From IMG/VR virus record IMGVR_UViG_3300042691_030776: 64,000 nucleotides of DNA; one strand, written 5' to 3'. How positions within the stretch are numbered: the stretch's first letter is position 1; every line of letters begins with the position of its first letter. Positions 1 through 9,494 of the stretch are shown piece after piece. Position numbers and translations under genes: made by a program. Origin of the DNA: a virus. The notes beneath the pieces are model-generated. The model saw nothing but the letters and a program-made list of their open reading frames with translations, had not been told where the DNA came from and made no database searches.

Positions 1-1176
1 CACTTCATCATACTCATCCTGTCTGTCCTTTGCTTTGGTTGCACCACTCACAAACACAGCACGTTCACCAAGTCTACGTACTAACTCCTGCCCGGCCGTG
101 ATACGATCTACTAACACCAAGGTATTGCCTGTTTCATTGACTTGGCTTATCAAACTAGCCATGGTATCAAGTCTGCCTGATTCTTCCAGCAGATATTTTA
201 GTTCGCTCTGATAGTTGTTGTATTCAACATGGTCTACCAACTGCACAATATTGACATGGCATTGTGCCAGCACACCTCGATCCTGTAGTTCAGCGGCTGC
301 CAATCTGTTTATTACTGGCCCAAGGCTGACATGTATGGCTTGGAACTCAAAGTCTTCTTTGGGTATAGTACCAGTCAGTCCCCAGCGAATCGGCACTTCT
401 GCCATGACCCCTGTCAGCAAGGTTTTCAGTGCATCAGCTTTGGCCATGTGTACTTCGTCAACGATGACACACACAACACCCTCTAGGAACTCACCAATGG
501 TGATATCTGCTGATTGGTTCTTGGTATTCTTTAACAGCACATTGAGACTCTGCCAAGTGCAGATGGTATGTTGGCGTCCAAACTCTTTGCGGTCACCAAA
601 GAACACACCTACATCTAGTTCCATGTTGATGTAGTCTCGTTCTGTTTGTGTCACCAGACTTTTGTTTGGCACGATCACTATGCTTCGACCATACGGTGTT
701 ACAGCATGGCTCAGTGCGGCTGTCATGATTGTTTTACCTGCACCTGTGGCCACTTCTTGTAGGCATTGTGGATTGGCTAGAAAGTTGTTGACAATCTCTA
801 CCTGATAGTCACGCAACATGACAGGCTCTCCGGCCTGGGGGTGACCTTTGGGCCATGAGATATCTTTAAAAGAGTCTTCTCGTACTTGTTCAAACTCAAA
901 TGTAGTAGAATATGTTCTCTGATCATCAAGTTCGATATCGTAATCGTATTCTTCAAGAATGGGAATGATTTCGGGTAACAGATTTACATAAGTGCTACCG
1001 CCCAGTTGGAAAAAAGAAACTTTGCCATCCCACCGGCCCAAACGTACCGCAGGTAGATAGCGAGCATAAGGAACATCGTATTTGAACTTGTTGACCAGAG
1101 CGCGGCGTGCATCCAGTTCTAGTCCTTCGATTTTGACATTGACTTCGTCAGTTATAATCAGTCGGGCAGTTCGCAT
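1..1176 (-). CDS. uvsW: UvsW-like superfamily 2 DNA helicase (truncated by window start)
   Basis: Absent from the ORF track; translated by hand from ATG at 1176: MRTARLIINDEVNVKIEG...RWDGKVSFF...LRDYQ...VATGAGKT (motif I)...IVDEVH (DExH)...GLTGT (motif III). Start overlaps the upstream stop (TAATG). Confidence 0.9.
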   Translation of the reverse strand, partial: MRTARLIITDEVNVKIEGLELDARRALVNKFKYDVPYARYLPAVRLGRWDGKVSFFQLGGSTYVNLLPEIIPILEEYDYDIELDDQRTYSTTFEFEQVREDSFKDISWPKGHPQAGEPVMLRDYQVEIVNNFLANPQCLQEVATGAGKTIMTAALSHAVTPYGRSIVIVPNKSLVTQTERDYINMELDVGVFFGDRKEFGRQHTICTWQSLNVLLKNTKNQSADITIGEFLEGVVCVIVDEVHMAKADALKTLLTGVMAEVPIRWGLTGTIPKEDFEFQAIHVSLGPVINRLAAAELQDRGVLAQCHVNIVQLVDHVEYNNYQSELKYLLEESGRLDTMASLISQVNETGNTLVLVDRITAGQELVRRLGERAVFVSGATKAKDRQDEYDEV

Positions 1177-1991
1177 TAAAGTATTGACAATGAAAAATAG
1201 TTATCGTTTATTATAACATTCTCTTCGAGTGTTTGTCTAGCAAGTGTGAGATTTTTTTCCCAATCACATAGATTACCCAGAGACAAACTGCCCGGTAATG
1301 GTACAAGATTTTTTTGCTGACTCCATTCAAGAAACTCAGCAGGCGGTGTAGCTTGATATGGGCGTCGCAGATTTATGCCAACAAAGGCATCAATATTGTC
1401 CCAGTTGCAATCGTCTTCCCAAATGTCTTGATATATGTCAAGGTTCTGGAACTTTTCAAATGCAAATCTTCCGTGCCCCGGATATTCAACATAGAGATTA
1501 GAAACTTGCCAGGTAAATAGGTCTCGTTTAAAAGGATTATCAACTCTCCAGTTAGTAGAGTCTCGGAATGCATAGTTAAATGACTGCTCAATCAAGTGTA
1601 TGTGACAGTTCATTTCCTGATAGGCCTGGAAGTATTTGTTGTCAATCTTGAAAAGCAAATCACTGAGCTTTGGTATCTTGGCTCGAGTATCTGCCCAGGC
1701 CTTGTGCAGTGTATTCAACTGGCGTTGATCATACCAGTTTTCAGGTTTCTGGAATAGAGGAAGTTTTAACTTTCCTAAGATTTCATTGACAGTATCAATG
1801 TATTCTATTTCTTCTTGAATGAACCGTTGTGTGTTTCGCGGAAAGAAAAACTCATCAACAAGTTGCCCGCCGGACTTGTACCTATTGCCCTTTTCTTGGC
1901 TGGTTTCTACAAACCAAGTGGTAAACTTTTCGTGGTGAGCGTCAAATAAAATACTGTCGTTGGTTTTGTTCCAGGTGAGTTTCAATCTCAT
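1176..1991 (-). CDS. hypothetical protein
   Basis: 271-aa ORF, translationally coupled to uvsW, AT-rich; no motif recognised. Confidence 0.7.
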   Translation of the reverse strand: MRLKLTWNKTNDSILFDAHHEKFTTWFVETSQEKGNRYKSGGQLVDEFFFPRNTQRFIQEEIEYIDTVNEILGKLKLPLFQKPENWYDQRQLNTLHKAWADTRAKIPKLSDLLFKIDNKYFQAYQEMNCHIHLIEQSFNYAFRDSTNWRVDNPFKRDLFTWQVSNLYVEYPGHGRFAFEKFQNLDIYQDIWEDDCNWDNIDAFVGINLRRPYQATPPAEFLEWSQQKNLVPLPGSLSLGNLCDWEKNLTLARQTLEENVIINDNYFSLSIL

Positions 1992-2030
1992 AATAGTATC
2001 TTTTATAATAAGAGATTGTATTTAAGAAGT

Positions 2031-2063
2031 CAAAAAAACAGGCACCTTTTTAGGGGTGCCTGT
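2031..2063 (-). terminator. rho-independent terminator downstream of the AAA ATPase gene
   Basis: Inverted repeat acaggcacc/ggtgcctgt followed on the minus strand by a T7 run. Confidence 0.75.
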
Positions 2064-2117
2064 GTCAAAGTTGGAATGTCTAGGAGCTAGACTATTGATG
2101 ACACTCCAACGATACTG

Positions 2118-3140
2118 TCAATGTTTCATGACAGTATTTTCGGCCAGTGCTCGCCAGTTGGCGCTCACTTTGGTAAGGTCCGCAATCTTAAGAGCCATAC
2201 GCAGGCTCATTTCGCGGAGTTTGTCTTTGTTCTCGTCCATGAAGTTGAGAATCTCATCACCTTGTTCAGGTGTGAAGTCGTAGTCATTAAACAGTTGACC
2301 CTGGCGGAAGATCTGCTTGATACGCAGGAACTTGTCGCGCATGGTGTCCAAAGTCAGGTCCAAGAAGTGGCACCGGCTCTGCAGAGCTTCAAGGTGATCT
2401 TGCAGTTTCTTCGACTTGAGGTGATCAAACTTCAAGTTGGTAATAAAGATCGCAGAGCCTTTGAAGTCAAATGAGTCAGGCACACCTTCACGACGGAGCA
2501 TGGCTGAGTCGGAGTTCCAGCAAATACGACGCTTCTTGCCTGAGTCCAGGGCGGCCTTGAGGATGTTCAATGCCACGTCATCTTGGAACACACTGTCACA
2601 GTCATCAAACACCAAAACGTTGTTGGGATCACTGTGACGATACAGAGTGCAGTACAAGCCAATGGGTGTCATCGCACCTTTGATCACTTCGTACTTGATC
2701 TTGCGACCAGACAGCTGATCAAACAAGCCAGCCTTTTCCAGCTGGAACTCAACACCATAGGATTTGCCCACACCCGGAGGGCCAACTACGATCATGGCAC
2801 GGATGTCTCCGGCGATAGCGGCCTTGGTCATGTCGTCAAGGATGTTGAATCGTTGCTCAATACGATGCATGACTTCTTCGTCGGTTTCTACCTTGGCAGG
2901 TTGTTTGAACTCTACTACCTTGTCTGCTTGACCCATGGGCTCTCCATCTACAAACTCAATGTCATTGATGCTGTCAACTTTCACGCGGATTTCATCAGGG
3001 AAACCCGGAAAATAATCACCGTTGGCCACGGTAACAAAGTTACCTTTGGCGCTGGTAGTAAAATCTTTCACCAGTGCAAAAGTAGCATTGGTGATAGGCT
3101 TGTTGCGGTAAACGCCGCGAACGATACGAACTGTAGTCAT
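2118..3140 (-). CDS. AAA+ family ATPase (probable early gene)
   Basis: Walker A GPPGVGKS, Walker B VLVFDDCD, sensor IFITN, ALQSRC arginine-finger-like motif; SD AGGAG upstream; preceded by three sigma70 promoters. Confidence 0.85.
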   Translation of the reverse strand: MTTVRIVRGVYRNKPITNATFALVKDFTTSAKGNFVTVANGDYFPGFPDEIRVKVDSINDIEFVDGEPMGQADKVVEFKQPAKVETDEEVMHRIEQRFNILDDMTKAAIAGDIRAMIVVGPPGVGKSYGVEFQLEKAGLFDQLSGRKIKYEVIKGAMTPIGLYCTLYRHSDPNNVLVFDDCDSVFQDDVALNILKAALDSGKKRRICWNSDSAMLRREGVPDSFDFKGSAIFITNLKFDHLKSKKLQDHLEALQSRCHFLDLTLDTMRDKFLRIKQIFRQGQLFNDYDFTPEQGDEILNFMDENKDKLREMSLRMALKIADLTKVSANWRALAENTVMKH

Positions 3141-3172
3141 TTAGTCTGCTCCTAAAATGATTGTTAAACTGT

Positions 3173-3362
3173 ATTGTATGCTAGTGCTCTTTTTGTGTCA
3201 ACTGGCACTGTTTGCTACAACCTTTTTACTTACTATGCTAGTATTATAGCAAAATGGCTGTTTCTGGTCAACCCCGTGTTTTTCCGGGCTTTTTTGGTGT
3301 TGTTTTTTTGCAACATCTTTATTTTATGTTATTATTGTAGCATTTATCGCATTTCTGGTCAA
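3173..3362 (-). promoter_or_regulatory. three tandem sigma70-type early promoters
   Basis: TTGACA-17-TACAAT (3201-3173), TTGACC-17-TATAAT (3271-3243), TTGACC-17-TACAAT (3362-3334); the last two carry an extended -10 TG. Confidence 0.85.
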
Positions 3363-3366
3363 CCAT

Positions 3367-3397
3367 AAAAAAAGGGCTAAAAATAGCCCTTTTTTTT
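3367..3397. terminator. bidirectional rho-independent terminator
   Basis: aaaaaaagggcta-aaaa-tagcccttttttt hairpin flanked by A and T runs. Confidence 0.8.
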
Positions 3398-3411
3398 GTA
3401 GTAATAAACTA

Positions 3412-3810
3412 TTACATTATAGTACCAAGTGGATGGTTACGCATGTTGAACGTTATTGTTTCACCAGCACTGATCTCAAAATACCAGCCTGCCCAGTTGG
3501 GTGCAGGAGTGAATCCTAAGTCAGACGCTGGTTCTTCAGGTGCTTGTCCATTGATAAGAATATTCTGGCGCATATCGCAGAGTGCTTGTCCTAAGCAAGC
3601 TCCTACTGTGACTACCCCTGTAGTGACTGAAATACTCACAGCTGATATTGCATCGTCTGTGGCGTTGTCCCAATCAAACTCTAGTAAATGAAGATCTGTA
3701 TCCAGCGGCATTCCTTGCCCAACTTGACCACTGTGAATTTCAACTCCATCTTTGATCACTGTTATTGCTGCCGGAGTTGAAAAAACTCTTCCTAATATAT
3801 TTACTTGCAT
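3412..3810 (-). CDS. hypothetical protein (late-promoter driven)
   Basis: 132-aa ORF with SD AAGGA and TATAAATA at 3841-3834. Confidence 0.7.
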   Translation of the reverse strand: MQVNILGRVFSTPAAITVIKDGVEIHSGQVGQGMPLDTDLHLLEFDWDNATDDAISAVSISVTTGVVTVGACLGQALCDMRQNILINGQAPEEPASDLGFTPAPNWAGWYFEISAGETITFNMRNHPLGTIM

Positions 3811-3841
3811 AATAAATCCTTTATCTGATGATGTATTTATA

Positions 3842-4612
3842 CTATTTCCAATGTGTTAACACAGTTGTGTCATTGATTTCATGTGGTTTTGGTTGCCCGT
3901 GGAATATCAAGATACTTGTATCGTTGGGCAATACTGTGCCCGAGCCAGGATTTTTATGTTTACGATGTCTAAAATCGTAGCCACCATCCAGCAGTTCCCA
4001 GCGCCAGCTTTTCACACAATTTTGATCAAAATAACCTACCTGTCCGACAGGCACTTTTTCTTGGATATAATCTTGGTCTCCGTGCCAGGGTGATTTACGA
4101 TGGGCAACTTCGCCGGGTTCAAACTCCCTGTAGACATAGTTAAACTTGGTTGGATCAAACCACATCACTGATGAGTTCAAGGTAGCACGGCTGGGCCGGA
4201 ACAGGTACTTGAAATCTTGCACTGCCCATAACTTATCTGTGGGCAACCGCCATATCCAATCTATGTTGCCCACTATCACTGTGTCTAAATCAAAATACAA
4301 CATGGGCCCAGAATGGTATCGTGAATCAAAAAGCTGTATCTTATACCACCAGCTACGTTTGGGTCCGCGTATGCCGGGCCACTCTTGCAGATGATGATGT
4401 ATCATATGCCCTGGCACCACTCTGTTCTTTTCGGTATACACATGCATACGCACCGTGGGTGTGAGATTGCGACACAGGCTGTTATACAAACGCTCAACAT
4501 AGTTCCACTGATACTGTACATCATGTATAAGGCAAGCACAGTCAATGGTCGTCAACACTGTTGGCTGTTGGGCCTGCGCTTTTCTAGCTCGTTTTTCTTC
4601 TTTGGTTTCCAT
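3842..4612 (-). CDS. glycosyltransferase, GT-A fold (GT8-like)
   Basis: WWYKIQLF, LYFDLDTVI (DxD), NSSVM, HGDQDYI and FHGQPKPH motifs. Confidence 0.8.
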   Translation of the reverse strand: METKEEKRARKAQAQQPTVLTTIDCACLIHDVQYQWNYVERLYNSLCRNLTPTVRMHVYTEKNRVVPGHMIHHHLQEWPGIRGPKRSWWYKIQLFDSRYHSGPMLYFDLDTVIVGNIDWIWRLPTDKLWAVQDFKYLFRPSRATLNSSVMWFDPTKFNYVYREFEPGEVAHRKSPWHGDQDYIQEKVPVGQVGYFDQNCVKSWRWELLDGGYDFRHRKHKNPGSGTVLPNDTSILIFHGQPKPHEINDTTVLTHWK

Positions 4613-5466
4613 TATGTTTTCAATGCTGATTCAAGTCTGCGGTACCACAAACCTTGAGCTATTTCTTCCTGGGTGTATTCTGTGTGGCATATCTCAACGA
4701 TCCACTGATCTCGATCCACGGTGTAGGGCTGTTCAATATCGCTGATCTTTGTACTTACCGGCCAGGCCAGGCTGGATCTATCTACTATGGGTCTAGTTCC
4801 GGCCAAGGCCGCTTGTATGCCTGGGCCTGAGTTATAGTTGACAATGGCATGACAATCAAAGGTCAAGTTGTAGCTGTCATAGGTATTGACTATTTTAACA
4901 GGTTGTTCTATGACAACATCTCGAGGCAAATGTACAAGTCCAGCCCAATCCAAAGGACTTCTAGGATGCGGTCTTACCACGATGGGTCGATCTGTTACTC
5001 TACGTAGTTGTTCTACCTGGTCAACTACCCACCCCTCCACGCTGGCCAAGCCCACTGCTTGTTGACTGCGAGCATGCTGTGCCGCTATCACTATCTTGGG
5101 GTTGCGACTGACATTGATGGCTTGGCTGATACCCAGTCTTTTGGGGCGATTCCAATCTAGATTTTCTGTGTGCCCGTAGTAGCCGTTAGCGGTGATAGAG
5201 TTTACAGCAATCTTCCAAGTTTCACCGCGATATAGAGATCCTATGTCTATGATAATGACTGGCTTGTTTTGGCCGCGATAATGCGACCATACCATCTGAT
5301 TGGCAGCTAGACGTCCAGACCACAACACTGACCATATCACTGCTGTGTCAGCATCCTGAGAGTTTTCTACTGGCTCAAGGCCATGTCTACGACAACCATC
5401 TAGGAACGCAGACAGTATAGAGGAACCATTTAAGGCAACTTGTTTTGGAAAATAGGCTATACGCAT
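4612..5466 (-). CDS. KpsS/KpsC-like capsular polysaccharide biosynthesis-type protein (putative GT-B transferase)
   Basis: IVVRPHPR and NYNSGPGIQAALAG motifs; paralog of 7481-8425 and 8400-9494. Confidence 0.6.
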   Translation of the reverse strand: MRIAYFPKQVALNGSSILSAFLDGCRRHGLEPVENSQDADTAVIWSVLWSGRLAANQMVWSHYRGQNKPVIIIDIGSLYRGETWKIAVNSITANGYYGHTENLDWNRPKRLGISQAINVSRNPKIVIAAQHARSQQAVGLASVEGWVVDQVEQLRRVTDRPIVVRPHPRSPLDWAGLVHLPRDVVIEQPVKIVNTYDSYNLTFDCHAIVNYNSGPGIQAALAGTRPIVDRSSLAWPVSTKISDIEQPYTVDRDQWIVEICHTEYTQEEIAQGLWYRRLESALKT

Positions 5467-5468
5467 AA

Positions 5469-5484
5469 GGTTAAATATTTAACC
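5469..5484. promoter_or_regulatory. palindromic bidirectional late promoter
   Basis: Perfect palindrome GGTTAAATATTTAACC with TAAATA on both strands, between divergent ATGs at 5466 and 5485. Confidence 0.75.
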
Positions 5485-6288
5485 ATGAAACTACCACCCT
5501 TACAAGGAACCCTAGATCAACCAGGATTCTTTATCTATGCTGCCGCTGACGCTACATATTTTGATGAGTATGCTGTGCCGTTGATCAACAGCGTGATCAA
5601 AAATACTCCGCACGGAATCCATATACACATCTACAACCCCAGACCAGACCAGATTGAGCGTTGCCAAAACACTCCCAAAGTGTCAGTGACTTGGGAAACC
5701 TTTGACGAGACTCTGTTCAAATCGGCTCTGAAGTTCTGGACTAGGTCAGACTTGCCCGATCCATATCTTGCTCGCAGAAATCGCATGCTGGGTACCAAAG
5801 TAGTAAACAAGAATTTGCCCCTAGAAGAAAATCTAGCAGTTTGGTTGAAGAAAACCTACTATGCCTGTGTGCGTTTTATCCGACTGGCTGAGTTGGTAAA
5901 ACAACCTAGGTCGTTCTTGGCTATCGATGTGGATGGTATAGTGCGGAGTTCTTTCCAATACGAGTTTGATGACAACAAAGATTTCTACTTGCATGTCAAA
6001 GAAAAAGGCGGGCACCTGGCTGGAGTATTGCTGGGTACTCGTAATCCTCGTTCGGTAGAGTTCATACAACGTCTGGCCAATGACATATCACGCGAGTTTG
6101 AGCAGGACAACATCTACTGGTTCTTAGATCAATATTGCTTAGACAACCTAGTAGACCAGTACAACAAAGGCTATCTGCCACTGAGCTACATTGATTGGCA
6201 CATGAAACCTGAAAGTGCGATATGGTCTGCCAAGGGTAGACGCAAAGAACTAGCAGTGTTCAAGCAAGAACAAGATCGCTACCGATGA
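5485..6288 (+). CDS. putative glycosyltransferase (GT-A, DxD)
   Basis: YYACVRF, LAIDVDGIV and WFLDQ motifs; start reassigned to ATG 5485 (MKLPP). Confidence 0.6.
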   Translation: MKLPPLQGTLDQPGFFIYAAADATYFDEYAVPLINSVIKNTPHGIHIHIYNPRPDQIERCQNTPKVSVTWETFDETLFKSALKFWTRSDLPDPYLARRNRMLGTKVVNKNLPLEENLAVWLKKTYYACVRFIRLAELVKQPRSFLAIDVDGIVRSSFQYEFDDNKDFYLHVKEKGGHLAGVLLGTRNPRSVEFIQRLANDISREFEQDNIYWFLDQYCLDNLVDQYNKGYLPLSYIDWHMKPESAIWSAKGRRKELAVFKQEQDRYR

Positions 6289-6899
6289 AAAAAGTTTTTT
6301 CCTACTGGTTGCCCGATGATGAAGATCATTTTAGTTCTTTTATCAACAGATATGCCAAATGGGGCGAGCCTCCTGAATATCAATATCAGGTGCGTAACAA
6401 GGCCATGACCTTTGTAGACAAGTTCGATGTCAGCGTGGACATAGGAGCCAATCTGGGTCTGTGGAGCCAGAGCTTGGAACAAAAATTTTTACAAAACTAC
6501 GGTATAGAACCCATACAGGAGTTTTCGCAATTTCTCAACCTGAACGCACCACGCACCCGTGTCATATACACAGCATTAGGATCCAGTCCAGGATCGCTGA
6601 ACATGACCAGAGATCAACACAACTACGGCAAAAATCAAATCTGTGATACGGGTAACATCACAGTATCAATACAAAAACTGGACGATCTAGATTTACCCCC
6701 AGCAGATTTTATCAAGATAGATGTTGAAGGGTTTGAATACGAGGTTTTAAAAGGTGGGGAACAATATATAAAAAGCTCCTATCCAGTGTTGGTAGTTGAG
6801 CAAGAACAAAAAAAATCTGTGTCTACACAACTATTGTTGTCCTGGGGATACAGTGTAGTAGATAGTTTCAAACACGATTACATATATAAACGACTATGA
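6285..6899 (+). CDS. FkbM family SAM-dependent methyltransferase
   Basis: VDIGANLG, IEP, FIKIDVEGFEYEVLKG. Confidence 0.9.
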   Translation: MKKVFSYWLPDDEDHFSSFINRYAKWGEPPEYQYQVRNKAMTFVDKFDVSVDIGANLGLWSQSLEQKFLQNYGIEPIQEFSQFLNLNAPRTRVIYTALGSSPGSLNMTRDQHNYGKNQICDTGNITVSIQKLDDLDLPPADFIKIDVEGFEYEVLKGGEQYIKSSYPVLVVEQEQKKSVSTQLLLSWGYSVVDSFKHDYIYKRL

Positions 6900-7522
6900 A
6901 CGCAAAGTTAAACGATGAATACATAAACCTGGTCAAAATGCAAAGGCCATATGTGGAAGGCAACACCAATGAAGAAATGTTTGCCTGCTACATGCAGGAT
7001 GTTGAACAGGACTACAAGGACATACGAGAATTTTTAAATCATACCACCAACCTAGTGGATCTTGGTTCCGGCATGGGAGGTATAGATTTCATGATCAAAC
7101 GTCTGCATCCTAACATACACATTACTTTGTTAGACGGAGAGCAAGTTGAAGCAGGTGAACACTACGGCTACAAAGAAGATCTAAAGTTTTATTCCAACAA
7201 TGCAGTAGCCAAACAATTTTTTGATGACAATGAACTTGCCGTTGATTTCTATTTGGCTCAAGATGATCTTGTGTTGCCTTGCGATACTTTGATCAGTTTG
7301 AACTCTTGGGGGTTCCATTATCCAATCAATCGCTACATAAACTTTGTCAAAAACAATCGTCCCAAGATTATTATTCTAGATATAAGATCTAGCCGACAAA
7401 ATCTTAACGAGTTACAAGCTCTGGGCTATGTATATCATGCGACCTTGCGCACTTGGGGTAGTAAAAAGTCTAGAACAGTGCTATTTGACCCATTGACGCA
7501 TGTGGGCCCAACACCGACCTGA
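6896..7522 (+). CDS. class I SAM-dependent methyltransferase
   Basis: LVDLGSGMGG motif I; ISLNSWGFHYP. Confidence 0.75.
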   Translation: MNAKLNDEYINLVKMQRPYVEGNTNEEMFACYMQDVEQDYKDIREFLNHTTNLVDLGSGMGGIDFMIKRLHPNIHITLLDGEQVEAGEHYGYKEDLKFYSNNAVAKQFFDDNELAVDFYLAQDDLVLPCDTLISLNSWGFHYPINRYINFVKNNRPKIIILDIRSSRQNLNELQALGYVYHATLRTWGSKKSRTVLFDPLTHVGPTPT

Positions 7523-8425
7523 CTGTAGATCTTGAAAACTCCAGTGACACTGAGCCAACTTTTTAATCCAATGTGATCTGTCGGGCATCACGGGATTTTC
7601 TATCTTGCTAAGATCAGTGTTGGATACCTCCCCTGCCTGACAATATCCTGGATCATCTGTGATAAACGCAGGTACACCTTCTATCACTGCCACAGAACTA
7701 GGAGTAGAGTTGTGACATACCACTGCCCAACAGTTTTTTAAATCTTCAGTGATGTGTCGTTCTTGAGGGCTCATCACAGCATTAAACTTAGATAGATCTA
7801 CTCCCACTGGAAAGTTTTTCCAGTCTCCAGGGTGCCAACGTAGTTTGACGGGCCTGTCTGTGTGTTTTCTAATCTGTAGAAATGTGTTATCTAACCACTC
7901 CATGAGATTTTGTCCGCGCATACTCCAGCCCATTGGACGTTGTAAACAAATCAAAACATGTTCTCCTGTCTGCCGCCACGGAGCAAGATCCATGTTGTAA
8001 TCTCTGCGTATGTTGACCCAGTTTTCGTCGCCCGGATGATCGTTACAGTATATTCCTGTGGCCGGAAACACACCATTGAAACTGTAGCGAAGATACTTGT
8101 GAGGATTGGCTCGATTTTTGTAAATGAATACGTTACTGTCAATGCTGAGCCAATACTTGCCAAGCTGACGCTGTGTGTCCATTACCATTTTACGTACCTT
8201 GTAGTGAGGCAACCGTGTTTTGGATGGATTGGAATCAAATGCATTGCCAATGATGGCCGCAACATCACAAGGTTCATAAGTCTGACTCATGGTGGTGGTA
8301 GCGTTGTCTCCACACCTAGCGGCACCTTGTACAAGGTAGGTCAACGCGGCTACTTTTTCATCACCGTTGATGTGCTTGGGCAAACTACCAAGATAGCTTT
8401 TAATAACTAAGGATCTGGCGCTCAT
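7481..8425 (-). CDS. KpsS/KpsC-like capsular polysaccharide biosynthesis-type protein
   Basis: LRWHPGD and VVCHNSTPSSVAVIEGVPAF motifs; paralogous to neighbours. Confidence 0.6.
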   Translation of the reverse strand: MSARSLVIKSYLGSLPKHINGDEKVAALTYLVQGAARCGDNATTTMSQTYEPCDVAAIIGNAFDSNPSKTRLPHYKVRKMVMDTQRQLGKYWLSIDSNVFIYKNRANPHKYLRYSFNGVFPATGIYCNDHPGDENWVNIRRDYNMDLAPWRQTGEHVLICLQRPMGWSMRGQNLMEWLDNTFLQIRKHTDRPVKLRWHPGDWKNFPVGVDLSKFNAVMSPQERHITEDLKNCWAVVCHNSTPSSVAVIEGVPAFITDDPGYCQAGEVSNTDLSKIENPVMPDRSHWIKKLAQCHWSFQDLQSGRCWAHMRQWVK

Positions 8426-9494
8426 TGTTTTCCAATACTAACTGCCAGGCTTCTCCCGACAACATTTCATTGAGACTGAACTGCCCATATGCTATCGAGC
8501 ACAACCATTTGTAAACAATATCCTCGCTGTGCATTACTGGATTTTCTATCTGTGTGAGATCATTACTGCAGACTGGCGCGGCAGCTGTGGGAGCCAGCGC
8601 AAAAGCTGGTATGCCGTACTGTACAGCTTCTACTGCGGCTATGCTGTTGTAAGTCACTAGAGCATAGATATCATCGCCCAACGCATCATAGATAGTATCG
8701 TTGGTTCGTTCTCCACGGCCAGCTTTTTCTCTAATGACTATCTCTCTGTCTGTGTGTTTTTTTATAGTGGCGATGGTATTTTTAATCCATTGATCACGAT
8801 CTTCACCATAATATTCAAATGGCTTTTGTGTGCTCATTACTAGTAGTATCTTACTGCCAGAGTTTCGCCAACCGTAATAGCGTAGATTGGGATTAAACTT
8901 AACCAACTGTTTCCAACGATCATCGGGTACATCCATGATGTTAGGATGTTGCATGGCATTTTTTACTATTCGATGATAGACTTTTCTACCAGTGCGATTG
9001 TTTTCGCAACGGTAGTTGCCTAGATATCCAGTTTCAATAAAGTAGTAATCTTTGTTATTTTTTATTGCATGATCTGCTATCTTACCATTGGCTATACCTC
9101 GTATGAGTATTGGTCCATTGATGTTTTCATACTCATCCCAATAGCGAGACTTGTCTAAGAATTTACTCTCTGGGTATGCTGCCATGATCATAGCAGGATA
9201 GTCACTGAACTTGATACAACGATCCAGTTTTTCATTGAGAGAGATAATGTACTGTTTGAACTGACGATCTATAGATTGATCTTTGCGTTTTTTAAAGTAA
9301 ATCCTTGCCATTTCAGCCTCATCGGTATTGGCCACTTCAAAAAAAGTCTGTTCAATGTTACGAAGCGTGTTGACTTCATTGTTTAACATTCTTGCATCAG
9401 CAACATTGTGCTTGAGTGCCGATTCGATGGTTGTATGTTGGGTGCGATATTCTTCGCTGGGCCAACGATCAACCAAGGCCACTGGTAATGTCAT
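8400..9494 (-). CDS. KpsS/KpsC-like capsular polysaccharide biosynthesis-type protein
   Basis: YFIETGY, IVIREK, LVTYNSIAAVEAVQYGIPAF; start placed at ATG 9494 (ATGA overlap with the upstream stop). Confidence 0.6.
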   Translation of the reverse strand: MTLPVALVDRWPSEEYRTQHTTIESALKHNVADARMLNNEVNTLRNIEQTFFEVANTDEAEMARIYFKKRKDQSIDRQFKQYIISLNEKLDRCIKFSDYPAMIMAAYPESKFLDKSRYWDEYENINGPILIRGIANGKIADHAIKNNKDYYFIETGYLGNYRCENNRTGRKVYHRIVKNAMQHPNIMDVPDDRWKQLVKFNPNLRYYGWRNSGSKILLVMSTQKPFEYYGEDRDQWIKNTIATIKKHTDREIVIREKAGRGERTNDTIYDALGDDIYALVTYNSIAAVEAVQYGIPAFALAPTAAAPVCSNDLTQIENPVMHSEDIVYKWLCSIAYGQFSLNEMLSGEAWQLVLENNERQILSY

